A stretch of DNA of 64,000 bases from Alphaproteobacteria bacterium (GCA_029936195.1 JAPYUH010000001.1:10741-74740); one strand, 5' to 3'; counted from the stretch's first letter, positions 40,093 to 50,169 are shown. Notes: generated by a model from the letters alone, not told the origin. Made by a program: numbers and translations.

Positions 40093-41034
40093 ATGGAAAT
40101 TCTACTGCAAGGATTGCGCGCGGCGGCCGAACCGACCCGCCTTCGATTGCTGGCACTATGCGCCCATGGCGAACTGACGGTGACGGAACTGACCCAGATC
40201 CTGGGCCAAAGTCAGCCCCGCGTGTCACGGCATTTGAAGCTGCTGTGCGAGGCGGGGCTGTTGGAACGGCATAGGGAGGGGACCTGGGCCTACTACCGGC
40301 TGGCCGATAGCTCCGATGGCGCCCATTTGGCCCGCACATTGGTGGATCTGGTGCCCAATTGCGACAATAGCCTGGCCCGCGACCTGAACCGTCTGGCCGC
40401 CATCAAACAGACCAGGGCCGACGCGGCGGCGGCCTACTTTCGCGCCAATGCCGAACAATGGGATGAAATCCGCTCTCTCTATGTGCCCGAGAGAGAGGTT
40501 GAGGCGGCACTGCAAAGCGCTATTGGCGAGCGTCCCATTGATGATTTCCTCGATATCGGTACCGGCACGGGGCGTATTCTCGAGGTTTTCGCACCCCGCA
40601 TCAAACGCGGCACTGGGATCGATCTGTCCCACGAGATGCTGCAAGTGGCCCGGGCCAAATTGGAACAGGCCGGCCATCGCCATTGCCAGGTGCGTCACGG
40701 CGATATGTATAATTTGCAACTGCCGGCCGGTGAATTCGACGTGGTGGTGCTGCATCAGGTGCTGCATTACGCCGAGGTGCCCAGCGCGGTTATTGCCGAG
40801 GCGGCGCAGACACTGCGCCCCGGCGGGCGTCTTCTGCTGGTGGATTTCGCGACCCACGACCAGGCTTTCCTGCGCGAGGAACATAAACACCGCTGGCTTG
40901 GCTTCGCGCCGGACCAGATCAACGACTGGTGCGGGGCGGCGGATATGCGGGCCGCGGCGCCTATTGAATTGGCCGGCAGTCAGCTGACCGTGCTGATCTG
41001 GCAGGCCGTACGGGACGGGGAGGGGGTATCGTGA
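40093..41034 (+). CDS. sahR: ArsR-family HTH plus SAM-dependent methyltransferase-like domain regulator (SahR-type methionine-cycle regulator)
   Basis: N-terminal ArsR wHTH (LRLLALCAHGELTVTELTQILGQSQPRVSRHLKLLCEAGLL) fused to a class I MTase fold (DIGTGTGRILEVFAP). Located immediately upstream of metF-metH, as described for SahR. Confidence 0.7.
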   Translation: MEILLQGLRAAAEPTRLRLLALCAHGELTVTELTQILGQSQPRVSRHLKLLCEAGLLERHREGTWAYYRLADSSDGAHLARTLVDLVPNCDNSLARDLNRLAAIKQTRADAAAAYFRANAEQWDEIRSLYVPEREVEAALQSAIGERPIDDFLDIGTGTGRILEVFAPRIKRGTGIDLSHEMLQVARAKLEQAGHRHCQVRHGDMYNLQLPAGEFDVVVLHQVLHYAEVPSAVIAEAAQTLRPGGRLLLVDFATHDQAFLREEHKHRWLGFAPDQINDWCGAADMRAAAPIELAGSQLTVLIWQAVRDGEGVS

Positions 41035-41951
41035 CGACCAATTTGACGGATACACGGCTGATGTCGTCCAATGCCATGGGGCCGCTATCGGTTTCATTCG
41101 AGTTTTTTCCCCCAAAAACCCAGAAAATGGCGGAAAATTTGTGGGCCGCCATGGAGCGTTTGCGCCCCCTCCGGCCAAACTTCGTTTCCGTCACCTATGG
41201 GGCGGCCGGCAGCACCCGCCAACGCACCCATGACACGGTGACCCGTATCCAGAACGAGGGCGGGCTGCCCTGCGCCGCCCATTTGACCTGCGTCGGGGCT
41301 GCCCGGGAAGAGGTCAACGAAGTGGCGCGGAGTTATTGGCAGGCTGGCGTGCGCCACCTGGTGGCCCTGCGCGGCGATCCGCCCGAAGGCGAAGAGAACT
41401 TCCAGAACCATCCCGACGGCTACCACAATGCCGCCGAACTGGTGGCCGGGCTTCGCACGGTCGCGGATTTTGAAATATCCGTCGCCGCCTACCCCGAGAT
41501 GCACCCCAACAGCCCCTCCAGCCAGGCCGATCTGGATAATCTGAAGCGCAAGATCGACGCCGGCGCCAATCGCGCCATCACGCAATTCTTCTTTGATGCC
41601 GATACCTATATGCGTTTCCTCGAACGCGCCAGGGCAGCGGGCATCTGGGTGCCCATCGTGCCGGGCATCCTGCCGGTCAGCAACTTCGTGCGGGCCGCCC
41701 GCATCGCCAAGGCGTGTGGTGCCGCCATGCCGGCCTGGATGGCGCATGTGTTCGAGGGCCTGGAAGAGGATGCGGAAACCCGGCGCATGGTGGCGGTCAC
41801 CGTCGCGGCCGAGCAGTGCCGCAAGCTGCAGTCGGCCGGGGTAACTGATTTTCATTTTTATACTTTAAACCGGGCCGATCTGACCTACGCGATCTGCCAC
41901 ATCATGGGCCTGCGTCCGCAAACGGCGGCGGTGGAAGGAACGCCCGCATGA
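41031..41951 (+). CDS. metF: 5,10-methylenetetrahydrofolate reductase
   Basis: MetF signature (FEFFPPKT...VSVTYGAGGSTR). GTG start overlaps the sahR stop. An alternative ATG lies at 41061. Confidence 0.9.
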   Translation: MTTNLTDTRLMSSNAMGPLSVSFEFFPPKTQKMAENLWAAMERLRPLRPNFVSVTYGAAGSTRQRTHDTVTRIQNEGGLPCAAHLTCVGAAREEVNEVARSYWQAGVRHLVALRGDPPEGEENFQNHPDGYHNAAELVAGLRTVADFEISVAAYPEMHPNSPSSQADLDNLKRKIDAGANRAITQFFFDADTYMRFLERARAAGIWVPIVPGILPVSNFVRAARIAKACGAAMPAWMAHVFEGLEEDAETRRMVAVTVAAEQCRKLQSAGVTDFHFYTLNRADLTYAICHIMGLRPQTAAVEGTPA

Positions 41952-44900
41952 CCAATATTCTGGAGCATCTGCGCCAAGAGGTGCTGTTGTGTGATGGTGC
42001 CATGGGCAGCCGCCTGCAACAGGCTGATCTGGATATCGAGGTCGATTATTGGGGTCAGGAAAACTGCTCCGAAATCCTTAATCTCAGCCGTCCTGATATT
42101 ATCCGCGAGATCCAGCAGGGCTTTGTCGCCGCCGGTTCGGACATTCTGTTGACCAACACTTTTGGCGGTTCGTCCATCACCTTGGCGGAATTCGACCTCC
42201 AGGACCGGACCCACGAAATCAACAAACGGGCCGCCGAACTGGCTCGCGAGGCCTTGGGTGAATTCGGCCGTGACGGTATCCAGCGTTATGTCCTGGGCGA
42301 TATCGGGCCCGGCACCAAGCTGCCCAGCCTGGGCCAGGTCGACTATGACGAATTGGAGGCCGCCCTGGCGGCGCAATCCGCCGGTCTGCTGGCGGGTGGC
42401 GTTGACGGCATCATGATCGAGACGGTGCAGGATATCCTGCAGCTCAAGGCGGCGGTCAACGGCGCCCGCATGGCCATGGCCGAGGCCGGCCGCGAAGTGC
42501 CCATATTGACCCAAGTGACCGTGGAAACCACGGGTACCCTGTTGGTCGGCACCGATATCGCCGGCGCCGCCACGGTCATCCATGCCCTGGGCGTGGAGGC
42601 CATGGGCCTGAATTGCGCCACCGGCCCCCGGGAAATGGCCGAACATGTACGCTGGCTGTCGGAACAATGGCCCGGCATTATCTCGATCCAGCCCAACGCC
42701 GGGCTGCCCGAACTGGTGGACGGCCAGCCCAGCTATCCGCTTTCGCCGGAAGAACTCGCCGATTGGGCCAAACGCTTCGTGGTCGAAGACGGGGTAAATC
42801 TGGTGGGCGGTTGTTGCGGTACGGTAACGACCCACATCAAGGCCTTGAACGACATGCTTGAAGGTTTGAGTGAAGGCCGCCGTCCGAAGCCCAAGTCCCG
42901 GCAGTCCGAATGGGTGCCGGGCATTGCGTCACTTTATGGCCAGATCCCCTATCGCCAGGAAAACGCCTATCTCTCCATCGGCGAGCGCTGCAACGCCAAC
43001 GGCAGCAGAAAATTTCGCGAGTTGCAGGAGGCCGAGGACTGGGACGGCTGTATTGCCATGGGCCGGGAGCAGGCCAAGGAAGGCTCCCACGCCCTGGATA
43101 TTTGCACCGCTTTCGTGGGCCGGAACGAACTGGTGGATATGAGCGCCATGGTCACCCGCATGCGCGGCGCCGTGCATGCGCCCCTGGTCATCGATTCAAC
43201 CGAGTTTCCCGTCTTGGAAGGCGCCCTGAAGCTGTATGGCGGCAAGGCTCTGATTAACTCCATCAATTTCGAGGATGGCGAGGAACCGGCCGCCAAGCGC
43301 CTTGGGCTGGCGCGGAAGTTCGGCTGCGGCGTCATTGCCTTGACCATTGATGAAGAGGGCATGGCCAAAACCGCGGACGAAAAGGTCAAGCTGGCCCACC
43401 GCTTGCACGATTATGCGGTTAATCAGCATGGCATGGCGTCCTCTGATCTGTTGTTTGACCCCCTGACCTTCACAATTTGCACCGGCAATCCCGACGACCG
43501 CCTGCTGGGACTGGAAACCCTGAACGCGATTGAGCGGATCGCCAAGGAACTGCCCGATTGTCAGATTGTTCTGGGCCTTTCAAATATTTCCTTCGGTCTG
43601 AAACCCGCCGCCCGCCATGTTCTGAACTCTGTCTATCTGCAACATGCGCTGGACCGGGGCATGACCGGTGCCATCGTGCACCTGTCGAAAATCCTGCCCC
43701 TGCATTCCATTCCGGAAGAGGAGGTCAAGGCGGCCGAGGATCTGATCTATGACCGCCGGGCGGAAGGCTATGATCCCCTGCATGCATTCATCGCCCTGTT
43801 CGAGGACCGCACGACGGCAAAGGTAGAAAAGGAGCGCCCGGCCGAGGTCGGAGAGCGCCTGAAACTGCGCATCATCGATGGCGACCGTCCCGGTTTGGAG
43901 GAGGACCTGGACGAGGCCATGGAACAGCACGCGCCGTTGGAGATCGTCAACGACATACTGTTGGGCGGCATGAAGGTGGTGGGCGAATTGTTCGGATCGG
44001 GCCAGATGCAGCTGCCGTTCGTGTTGCAATCGGCCGAGACAATGAAGGCCTCCGTGGCTTATCTGGAACCCCATATGGAACGCAGCGCGGACAGCGAAAA
44101 GGGCACCATCGTGTTGGCCACGGTGCGCGGCGATGTTCATGATATCGGCAAGAATCTGGTTGACATTATCCTGACCAACAACGGCTACCGGGTGATTAAT
44201 CTCGGCATCAAGCAGCCCATCGGCGCCATCATGGATGCGGTCAAGGAACATGACGCCGATGCCGTGGGCATGTCGGGACTTTTGGTCAAGTCGACCACGA
44301 TCATGCGGGAAAATTTGGAGGAGATGTCCCGCCAGCAGATCAATCTGCCGGTCATGCTGGGCGGTGCCGCACTGACCCGCGGCTTTGTCGAGGAGGATTG
44401 CGCCAAGGCATACGCCACCGCGTCCGGCCGGGTGGCCTATGCCCGCGACGCCTTCGACGGCCTGGATATCATGGGCAAGGTGGTGGACGGCGTCTTTGAC
44501 GACTATATCGCCGAGCGTGACAAAAAACGCGAGGGCCGGCCCACCAACCAACGGCGTAAACTGGGCCAGCCAACCCTGCTGCCCCGGCCCCTGGATTTGG
44601 AGGAAGTCCGCACCCGGCGCGAGGAACTGCACAAGGGCGTCGCGGTGCCCGAGGCGCCGTTCCTGGGCCATCGCATCATCGAAGAGGTGGGGATCAAGGC
44701 GCTGCTGCCCTATTTGAATGAGCGCATGCTGTATCAATTCCATTGGGGCTATCGCAAGCGGGGCCGGGCCCTGGCGGACTACATGAAATGGGCCCGGGGC
44801 GAGATCAAGCCGATCCTGCTGGATCTGGTGGAACGCTGCGAGGCCGAGAATATTCTGCAACCGCAAGCCGTCTATGGCTATTTCCCCGCCGCCAGTGATG

Positions 44901-45436
44901 GCGACGATCTGGTCCTGTTCGGCCCCGGCGGTGGTGATGAAATTGCCCGCTTTTCGCTGCCCCGCCAGGATCGGGCGGGGGGGCTGTGCATCGCCGATTT
45001 TTTCCGCGAGGCAGACACGGGCGAGCGGGACATCATCGCCTTGCAGGCGGTTACCGTGGGCCAGCACGCCTCGGAAGTGGCGCGGCAGTGGTTCGACGAA
45101 GATCGCTATCAGGACTATCTGTATCTCCACGGCCTGGGCGTGGAAATGGCCGAGGCCATGGCCGAATACGTGCACAAACGGGTGCGCGGCGAACTTGGTT
45201 TCGGTGATCTCGATGCCCGCGACAATGATGCCCTTTTGAACCAGGGTTATCGCGGCTCCCGCTATTCCTTCGGCTATCCCGCCTGCCCGACCATGTCCGA
45301 TCAGCGCAAGATTCTCGATCTGTTGCAGGCCGGCCGCATCGGCCTGGTGATGGGCGACGAGGATCAATTGCACCCGGAACAATCAACCTCGGCCATCGTC
45401 GTGCATCATCCCCAGGCGAAGTATTTCAGCGTTTAA
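41948..45436 (+). CDS. metH: Cobalamin-dependent methionine synthase
   Basis: 1162 aa comprising the Hcy S-methyltransferase domain, pterin-binding domain, B12-binding domain (DVHDIGKN) and AdoMet activation domain. ATGA overlap with metF. Confidence 0.95.
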   Translation: MTNILEHLRQEVLLCDGAMGSRLQQADLDIEVDYWGQENCSEILNLSRPDIIREIQQGFVAAGSDILLTNTFGGSSITLAEFDLQDRTHEINKRAAELAREALGEFGRDGIQRYVLGDIGPGTKLPSLGQVDYDELEAALAAQSAGLLAGGVDGIMIETVQDILQLKAAVNGARMAMAEAGREVPILTQVTVETTGTLLVGTDIAGAATVIHALGVEAMGLNCATGPREMAEHVRWLSEQWPGIISIQPNAGLPELVDGQPSYPLSPEELADWAKRFVVEDGVNLVGGCCGTVTTHIKALNDMLEGLSEGRRPKPKSRQSEWVPGIASLYGQIPYRQENAYLSIGERCNANGSRKFRELQEAEDWDGCIAMGREQAKEGSHALDICTAFVGRNELVDMSAMVTRMRGAVHAPLVIDSTEFPVLEGALKLYGGKALINSINFEDGEEPAAKRLGLARKFGCGVIALTIDEEGMAKTADEKVKLAHRLHDYAVNQHGMASSDLLFDPLTFTICTGNPDDRLLGLETLNAIERIAKELPDCQIVLGLSNISFGLKPAARHVLNSVYLQHALDRGMTGAIVHLSKILPLHSIPEEEVKAAEDLIYDRRAEGYDPLHAFIALFEDRTTAKVEKERPAEVGERLKLRIIDGDRPGLEEDLDEAMEQHAPLEIVNDILLGGMKVVGELFGSGQMQLPFVLQSAETMKASVAYLEPHMERSADSEKGTIVLATVRGDVHDIGKNLVDIILTNNGYRVINLGIKQPIGAIMDAVKEHDADAVGMSGLLVKSTTIMRENLEEMSRQQINLPVMLGGAALTRGFVEEDCAKAYATASGRVAYARDAFDGLDIMGKVVDGVFDDYIAERDKKREGRPTNQRRKLGQPTLLPRPLDLEEVRTRREELHKGVAVPEAPFLGHRIIEEVGIKALLPYLNERMLYQFHWGYRKRGRALADYMKWARGEIKPILLDLVERCEAENILQPQAVYGYFPAASDGDDLVLFGPGGGDEIARFSLPRQDRAGGLCIADFFREADTGERDIIALQAVTVGQHASEVARQWFDEDRYQDYLYLHGLGVEMAEAMAEYVHKRVRGELGFGDLDARDNDALLNQGYRGSRYSFGYPACPTMSDQRKILDLLQAGRIGLVMGDEDQLHPEQSTSAIVVHHPQAKYFSV

Positions 45437-46629
45437 TTGGTTTGCCCGGCCATGCGGGCCACCGGTTGGTCGCTGATGGGCCAGTGCAGGGCGGCGGCCG
45501 CCAGCCCCAGGGCGACGGAGATACCCCACATCAGATCGTAGGATCCGGTCAGGTCATAGATATATCCACCCAGCCAGGCGCCGGTGAAACCGCCGATCTG
45601 GTGGCTCATGAAAACCACGCCATAGAGCATGGAAAAATGCCGCGGCCCAAATACCTGGGCGACAATGCCGGAGGTCAAGGGCACGGTGGCGAGCCAGATA
45701 ATACCCAATGCCGCGCCGAAAATGATCCCGGTCACGTCATTGATGGGTATTATCAAAATCAACACCATCACCACGGCGCGGAGGCCGTAGATCAGGGTCA
45801 GAACGTTCTTTTTCCGAAACCGGTCGCCCAGAACCCCGAATAGATAGGCGCCGATGACATTGAACAAGCCGATAACGCCAAGGGCATAAGCCGCCGCCGT
45901 CAGGGACACGCCATTGTCGGCTAAATAGGCCGGGAAATGGGTGGCGATGAAGGTGACGTGGAAGCCGCAAACAAAAAACCCCACCGTCAGCAGCAAATAT
46001 CCCGAATGCCCCCTGGCCTCCTCTATGGCCTGGCGCAGGGACTGCTTGGGGCCAGCGTCCACCACCATTGGGCCGGATCGCAATCCGATAGATAACAAGG
46101 GGATTACAACCATGATGGCGGCCATCATGGCCAGGGTCTCGCGCCAGCCGAAGACATCCAGCATGCCTTGCAAGCCGGGGACCAGAAAAAACATGCCCAG
46201 GGAGCCGGCGGCAATCACCGTGCCGAACACCATGCCCCGTCGTTCGTTGGGAACAATTTTTCCCACGGCGCCTAGAACGATCACTTGCGAGGCGCCGCTG
46301 AGCCCGAGGCCGATCAGCAGGCCGAGGGATATCTGCAGATCGAGGGCATTGGCACTGACGCTCAACAGCCATAGGCCCAGGGCGTAGAGCAGGGTGCCTC
46401 CGATGATCAACTTCACTGCCCCGTAGCGGTCGGCAAGCATGCCCGCGACGGGTTGCGTCAGGCCGGACAGAAGGGTCTGAAAGGCAATGACGAAACCGAA
46501 CATCTGCCGGCTGATATCCAGATCCAGGGCGATGGGGCGCAGGAAGATGCCGAAGGTTTGGCGCAAACCGTTGGTGGCCAATACGATCAGCACGCCGCAC
46601 AGCAGCATGATCCAAATTTGTCTTGTCAT
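45433..46629 (-). CDS. MFS transporter
   Basis: 12-TM MFS topology with the conserved G(x)3D(R/K)xGR-like loop (GMLADRYG). Confidence 0.8.
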   Translation of the reverse strand: MTRQIWIMLLCGVLIVLATNGLRQTFGIFLRPIALDLDISRQMFGFVIAFQTLLSGLTQPVAGMLADRYGAVKLIIGGTLLYALGLWLLSVSANALDLQISLGLLIGLGLSGASQVIVLGAVGKIVPNERRGMVFGTVIAAGSLGMFFLVPGLQGMLDVFGWRETLAMMAAIMVVIPLLSIGLRSGPMVVDAGPKQSLRQAIEEARGHSGYLLLTVGFFVCGFHVTFIATHFPAYLADNGVSLTAAAYALGVIGLFNVIGAYLFGVLGDRFRKKNVLTLIYGLRAVVMVLILIIPINDVTGIIFGAALGIIWLATVPLTSGIVAQVFGPRHFSMLYGVVFMSHQIGGFTGAWLGGYIYDLTGSYDLMWGISVALGLAAAALHWPISDQPVARMAGQTN

Positions 46630-46635
46630 ATGGCT

Positions 46636-47190
46636 TCAGATCGCGTCGGCGTCGATCAGGATGCCGGCCAGGACGGCGGGTTCATTGCCCCGGTTGACCC
46701 AAGCATGGTTGGTGCCCCGCTGGATCACAACGTCCAGGGGTTCCATGTCCACCTCGCCGTCGTCCAGGATCATGCTGACCCGGCCCGACAGCAAGATGAT
46801 ATAGTCGACGGTATCGGTCTTGTGCATGCCCGGTTGGCCCGAGGCGCTGTCATGGGCTCCGCCGGCGCCCATTTTGGCGAAATTCTCGGCATCCCGCCGG
46901 GCCCGCTCCTCGGCCGGAATATCCGCGTCCCAGGCGGCGGGGCGGACCTGGAAAAAGCGGAAAACGCTGCCATTGGCGGGCGGGGCCAGGGTGACCTGGG
47001 TATCGGCGGCGTCCGTGCCGCCGCCGCCGCCATTGTCCGCCGGTGCGCTAAAGGTACGCCACAAATCCGTCAGGCCGCGGCCCTCCTGGTCAGGGTTTTC
47101 CAATACATGGGGCGAGGGGCCATCTTCCAAAATGATGGATTTACCGTTCTCGTCATGGCCGGTGATGATCCGGCGTACCGCTCGCAACAT
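46636..47190 (-). CDS. Cupin-domain protein
   Basis: Cupin beta-barrel motifs with conserved His (IQRGTNHAWVN). Confidence 0.65.
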   Translation of the reverse strand: MLRAVRRIITGHDENGKSIILEDGPSPHVLENPDQEGRGLTDLWRTFSAPADNGGGGGTDAADTQVTLAPPANGSVFRFFQVRPAAWDADIPAEERARRDAENFAKMGAGGAHDSASGQPGMHKTDTVDYIILLSGRVSMILDDGEVDMEPLDVVIQRGTNHAWVNRGNEPAVLAGILIDADAI

Positions 47191-47249
47191 GGCTCAAGTC
47201 CTCCAATTTCGTTTGGAGCAAGTTCGCATGGATTTAGGATTCGGAGAAT

Positions 47250-47292
47250 GAAAAAAAGCCCCGGCTGCAATCTAGCGGCGCGGGGCTTTTTC
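47250..47292. terminator. Bidirectional rho-independent terminator (A-run / GC stem / T-run)
   Basis: AAAAAAA-GCCCCGGC...GCGCGGGGC-TTTTT. The minus-strand reading has a 7-U tract and would terminate the SDR gene transcript. Confidence 0.6.
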
Positions 47293-47352
47293 ATTTCTGT
47301 CTAGTGGGGCTCGGTCACAGCACGGTTTTAAAGTCTGTCGATCCATCCCCAC

Positions 47353-47380
47353 CTCTCGAACACGAGTTCGAGTTTTTGTT
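47353..47380 (+). terminator. Plus-strand hairpin plus T-tract with no upstream plus-strand gene (candidate sRNA 3' end)
   Basis: CTCGAAC-ACGA-GTTCGAG followed by TTTTTGTT. Confidence 0.4.
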
Positions 47381-47498
47381 CGTTCCAAATGGTTAGGTGG
47401 CGTTGCGTTCAATCGCCTCTCCCATAAGTTTTCGATAAAAAATGCTAGCGTATTATGTAAAATATGGCAAGCGACATTATGGAAAATCTATCCCAAAT

Positions 47499-48194
47499 TC
47501 ACCATTGAATGACGGTGCCGTCGTAATTTCGGAAGCCGCCGTTATCGGCGTCGCCTAATCCCGCGATAACCTGGCGAATGCCGCCGGCGCTCTGCTCGGC
47601 CGAGATATCGGCGGCCGAGCCGCCCATGTCGGTACGCACCCAGCCGGGATGGAACGAGGTGACGATGACGCCCTGGGCGCCCAGGTCATTGGCTAGGACT
47701 TTCATCACCATGTTCACGGCGGCCTTGGAGGATCGGTAGACAATGGAGTTGGTCGCCTGGGTCTCGCCGATCGAGCCCATTTTGGATGAAATCGTGATCA
47801 ATTTTTTCTGCTTTGAGGCGGCGACATTGTCGGCGAAAACTTCGGATACGCGCATGGGTCCGAACACATTGGTGACGATGCAGTCCTGCCAGGCCTCGTA
47901 GTCAACACCGCCCCGGCCCGAATCACGCTGACCGATGATGCCGGCGTTGTTCAACAGCACGTCCATGGGCTGGTCGCCCAGCTCGAACTTCAGGGCGGCG
48001 ACGGAGGCGCCGTCGTCCACGTCCAATTGATGTAGGGTGACACGGCCAGCCGATTGGCTGGCGATGTCGGCTAATTCGTCCGCTTGCCCAGGTGTGCGGC
48101 AGCAGGCGAAGACGCGCCAGCCGTCGGCATTGTATTGGGAGACGAACTCCAGTCCAATGCCGCGCGAGGCGCCCGTAATCATGACAGTTTGCAT
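47499..48194 (-). CDS. SDR-family oxidoreductase
   Basis: TGASRGIG cofactor-binding motif and a YxxxK-type catalytic region. Confidence 0.8.
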   Translation of the reverse strand: MQTVMITGASRGIGLEFVSQYNADGWRVFACCRTPGQADELADIASQSAGRVTLHQLDVDDGASVAALKFELGDQPMDVLLNNAGIIGQRDSGRGGVDYEAWQDCIVTNVFGPMRVSEVFADNVAASKQKKLITISSKMGSIGETQATNSIVYRSSKAAVNMVMKVLANDLGAQGVIVTSFHPGWVRTDMGGSAADISAEQSAGGIRQVIAGLGDADNGGFRNYDGTVIQW

Positions 48195-48234
48195 GCGCGG
48201 AACTTAGAACATTTCAAGATTGATTGAAATCGCC

Positions 48235-48289
48235 GAGCCACCCACGCCCCCACCCGGCCAACCATTCATGATGATTACGTGGGTGGCTC
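48235..48289. repeat. 12-bp perfect inverted repeat (GAGCCACCCACG-N31-CGTGGGTGGCTC)
   Basis: Seen directly in sequence, in the intergenic space between the membrane-transporter stop and the SDR start. Confidence 0.5.
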
Positions 48290-48316
48290 GGATCAAGCTT
48301 GAAAAGCCTTTGCGGA

Positions 48317-49261
48317 TCAAAGCAAGCGGCGATAGATACGAGTTGCCACGATGGGCAGCATGTACATGGGTAATTGCGCCAGGGCGAAAAAAATCACCAC
48401 TTCCGTCTGCGCCTTGTCCGCCAGCACGGCGAGGATCAAGGCCATGTTGCAATTGCCCGCCATGTGCCCGGCGGTGAAGGCCAGCTTCCGGCCGGCGGGC
48501 AGGAATATCAACGCGCCCGCCGCTTGCAGCCCGGCGTTGGCGATGAAGGCCGCGGCGACGGTGAGAAGGGCAAAGGTGGGCCGGGCCAGGAAAAATTCCG
48601 TCACGCCGGCCATGATGGAAATTGCGATAACCACCAGGCAGATCACCATCAGGCCGTCGACATGGGCGGAATGCCGGGCTAATTGTTGCGGCGTGATGAT
48701 CCATCGCTTGATGATGATGGCGAGGGCAAATCCGCCGCCGATCATGAACCCCAGGCGGCCCATGAATGCCCCTAAACTTATTTGAAGATCCAGGCCCAAG
48801 AGCCACAAGGCCATGACGGGCAGGGTGAAGGGCAACAGGATATGGTTCAACACCACCACGGCGATGGTGAAGGCGGCATCCAGTCCCAGCATCAGCGCAA
48901 AGGCCGGCGCCGACATGATGGGAGCCGAGGCAGCCATGAGCACAAGCCCGGCGCCAAGGCCCACGGGCAGGCCGAGGGCGGCGACCAGGACCGCCATGCC
49001 CACGGGACAAATGAACAGACCGAAGGTGGTAAATAGCGCCAACCGCAAGGGATGTCGCAACTGCCCGACAATATCACTGAAATTCATCCGCAACAGAGCC
49101 AGGACCAGGGATGCAAAGATCGCCGGCGCCAAGGCCGGACGCATGAAATCCGCCAGGGGCGGCAGCAATAATCCGGTCAGGACGCCAAAAGCGAGGAACT
49201 TCGGTGCGTGCCGGGCCAGGAATATTAGCAGTTGCGGCAAGGCGTTCACCAGCGCGCCCAT
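48317..49261 (-). CDS. Integral membrane transporter, about 10 TM (AEC/BASS-like fold); family uncertain
   Basis: Highly hydrophobic 314-aa protein. No soluble domain. Confidence 0.5.
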   Translation of the reverse strand: MGALVNALPQLLIFLARHAPKFLAFGVLTGLLLPPLADFMRPALAPAIFASLVLALLRMNFSDIVGQLRHPLRLALFTTFGLFICPVGMAVLVAALGLPVGLGAGLVLMAASAPIMSAPAFALMLGLDAAFTIAVVVLNHILLPFTLPVMALWLLGLDLQISLGAFMGRLGFMIGGGFALAIIIKRWIITPQQLARHSAHVDGLMVICLVVIAISIMAGVTEFFLARPTFALLTVAAAFIANAGLQAAGALIFLPAGRKLAFTAGHMAGNCNMALILAVLADKAQTEVVIFFALAQLPMYMLPIVATRIYRRLL

Positions 49262-50166
49262 TAGCGACCCAGCGCGATCATGACGACGCCGGGCACAACG
49301 AGGAATACCGCCATCAGGCTGCCGGGGGTAATGCTCTCGCGGCGGATCAGGAACACGCTTAACAATAGGGTGATGAAGGGCGAGGCGGAGACAATGGGGA
49401 TCACCACGATCAGATCACCCAATTGCAGGGCTAAATTCAGGCAATAGACGGAAACGGCGTTGATGGTTCCGGCCAGGGCGAACCAACCGGTGCCGTGGCG
49501 GCGCCCCAGCTTCGGCAGGCTGCGGCGGCGGGCGCCGAAGACAATGGAGGCGACGATCAGCGAGACCGAGAAACTGACCAGGCCGGCAAAATGCGGGCTG
49601 GGCAGATCGAGCATGGCGAATTTTGTCACCCCGTCCCCCGTTGCCCGGACAAACGCGGCCAGCAGCGGCAAGCCCAGGGCCCAAAGGGGCCAATTACCCC
49701 GGCGTGCGCCGCTGCCCCGTTGGGCCAGGGCAATGGAGCCGGCCATGATCGCCATGGTGCCCACGACAATGGGAACGGTCAGGCGCTCATCCAGAAACAG
49801 GACCGCGAAGGCGGCCGCGAACAGCGGCGAGGTCGCGGCAAGGGTGGATGTCGGCGTCGGCCCCAGATAATGCACCCCTAAAAGGGAGGCATTGGCCGAG
49901 ACCGCCGGCTTGAACAGGCCGACGATGACAAACAACAAGGCGGCGGGTGTCAGCCAATACCAGCTTTCCACCAGCCAGGGCGCGAACAGCCAATAACAAA
50001 TGGTCGTGGTGCCGATCTGCACCAGGGAGCCGGATTCCGAATCCGTGTGGCGCAATCCCTGATGCAGTATCTGAATGGAAATCGCGAACAGCGTGGCCGA
50101 TGCCAAGGACAGCAGAATAGGCGCCAGTTGGCTCAAATTGACAATGTCAGCCATGAATGCGGACAA
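49261..50166 (-). CDS. DMT-superfamily (EamA-like) transporter
   Basis: Ten-TM protein with two EamA-like halves. Confidence 0.7.
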   Translation of the reverse strand: MSAFMADIVNLSQLAPILLSLASATLFAISIQILHQGLRHTDSESGSLVQIGTTTICYWLFAPWLVESWYWLTPAALLFVIVGLFKPAVSANASLLGVHYLGPTPTSTLAATSPLFAAAFAVLFLDERLTVPIVVGTMAIMAGSIALAQRGSGARRGNWPLWALGLPLLAAFVRATGDGVTKFAMLDLPSPHFAGLVSFSVSLIVASIVFGARRRSLPKLGRRHGTGWFALAGTINAVSVYCLNLALQLGDLIVVIPIVSASPFITLLLSVFLIRRESITPGSLMAVFLVVPGVVMIALGR

Positions 50167-50169
50167 ACA

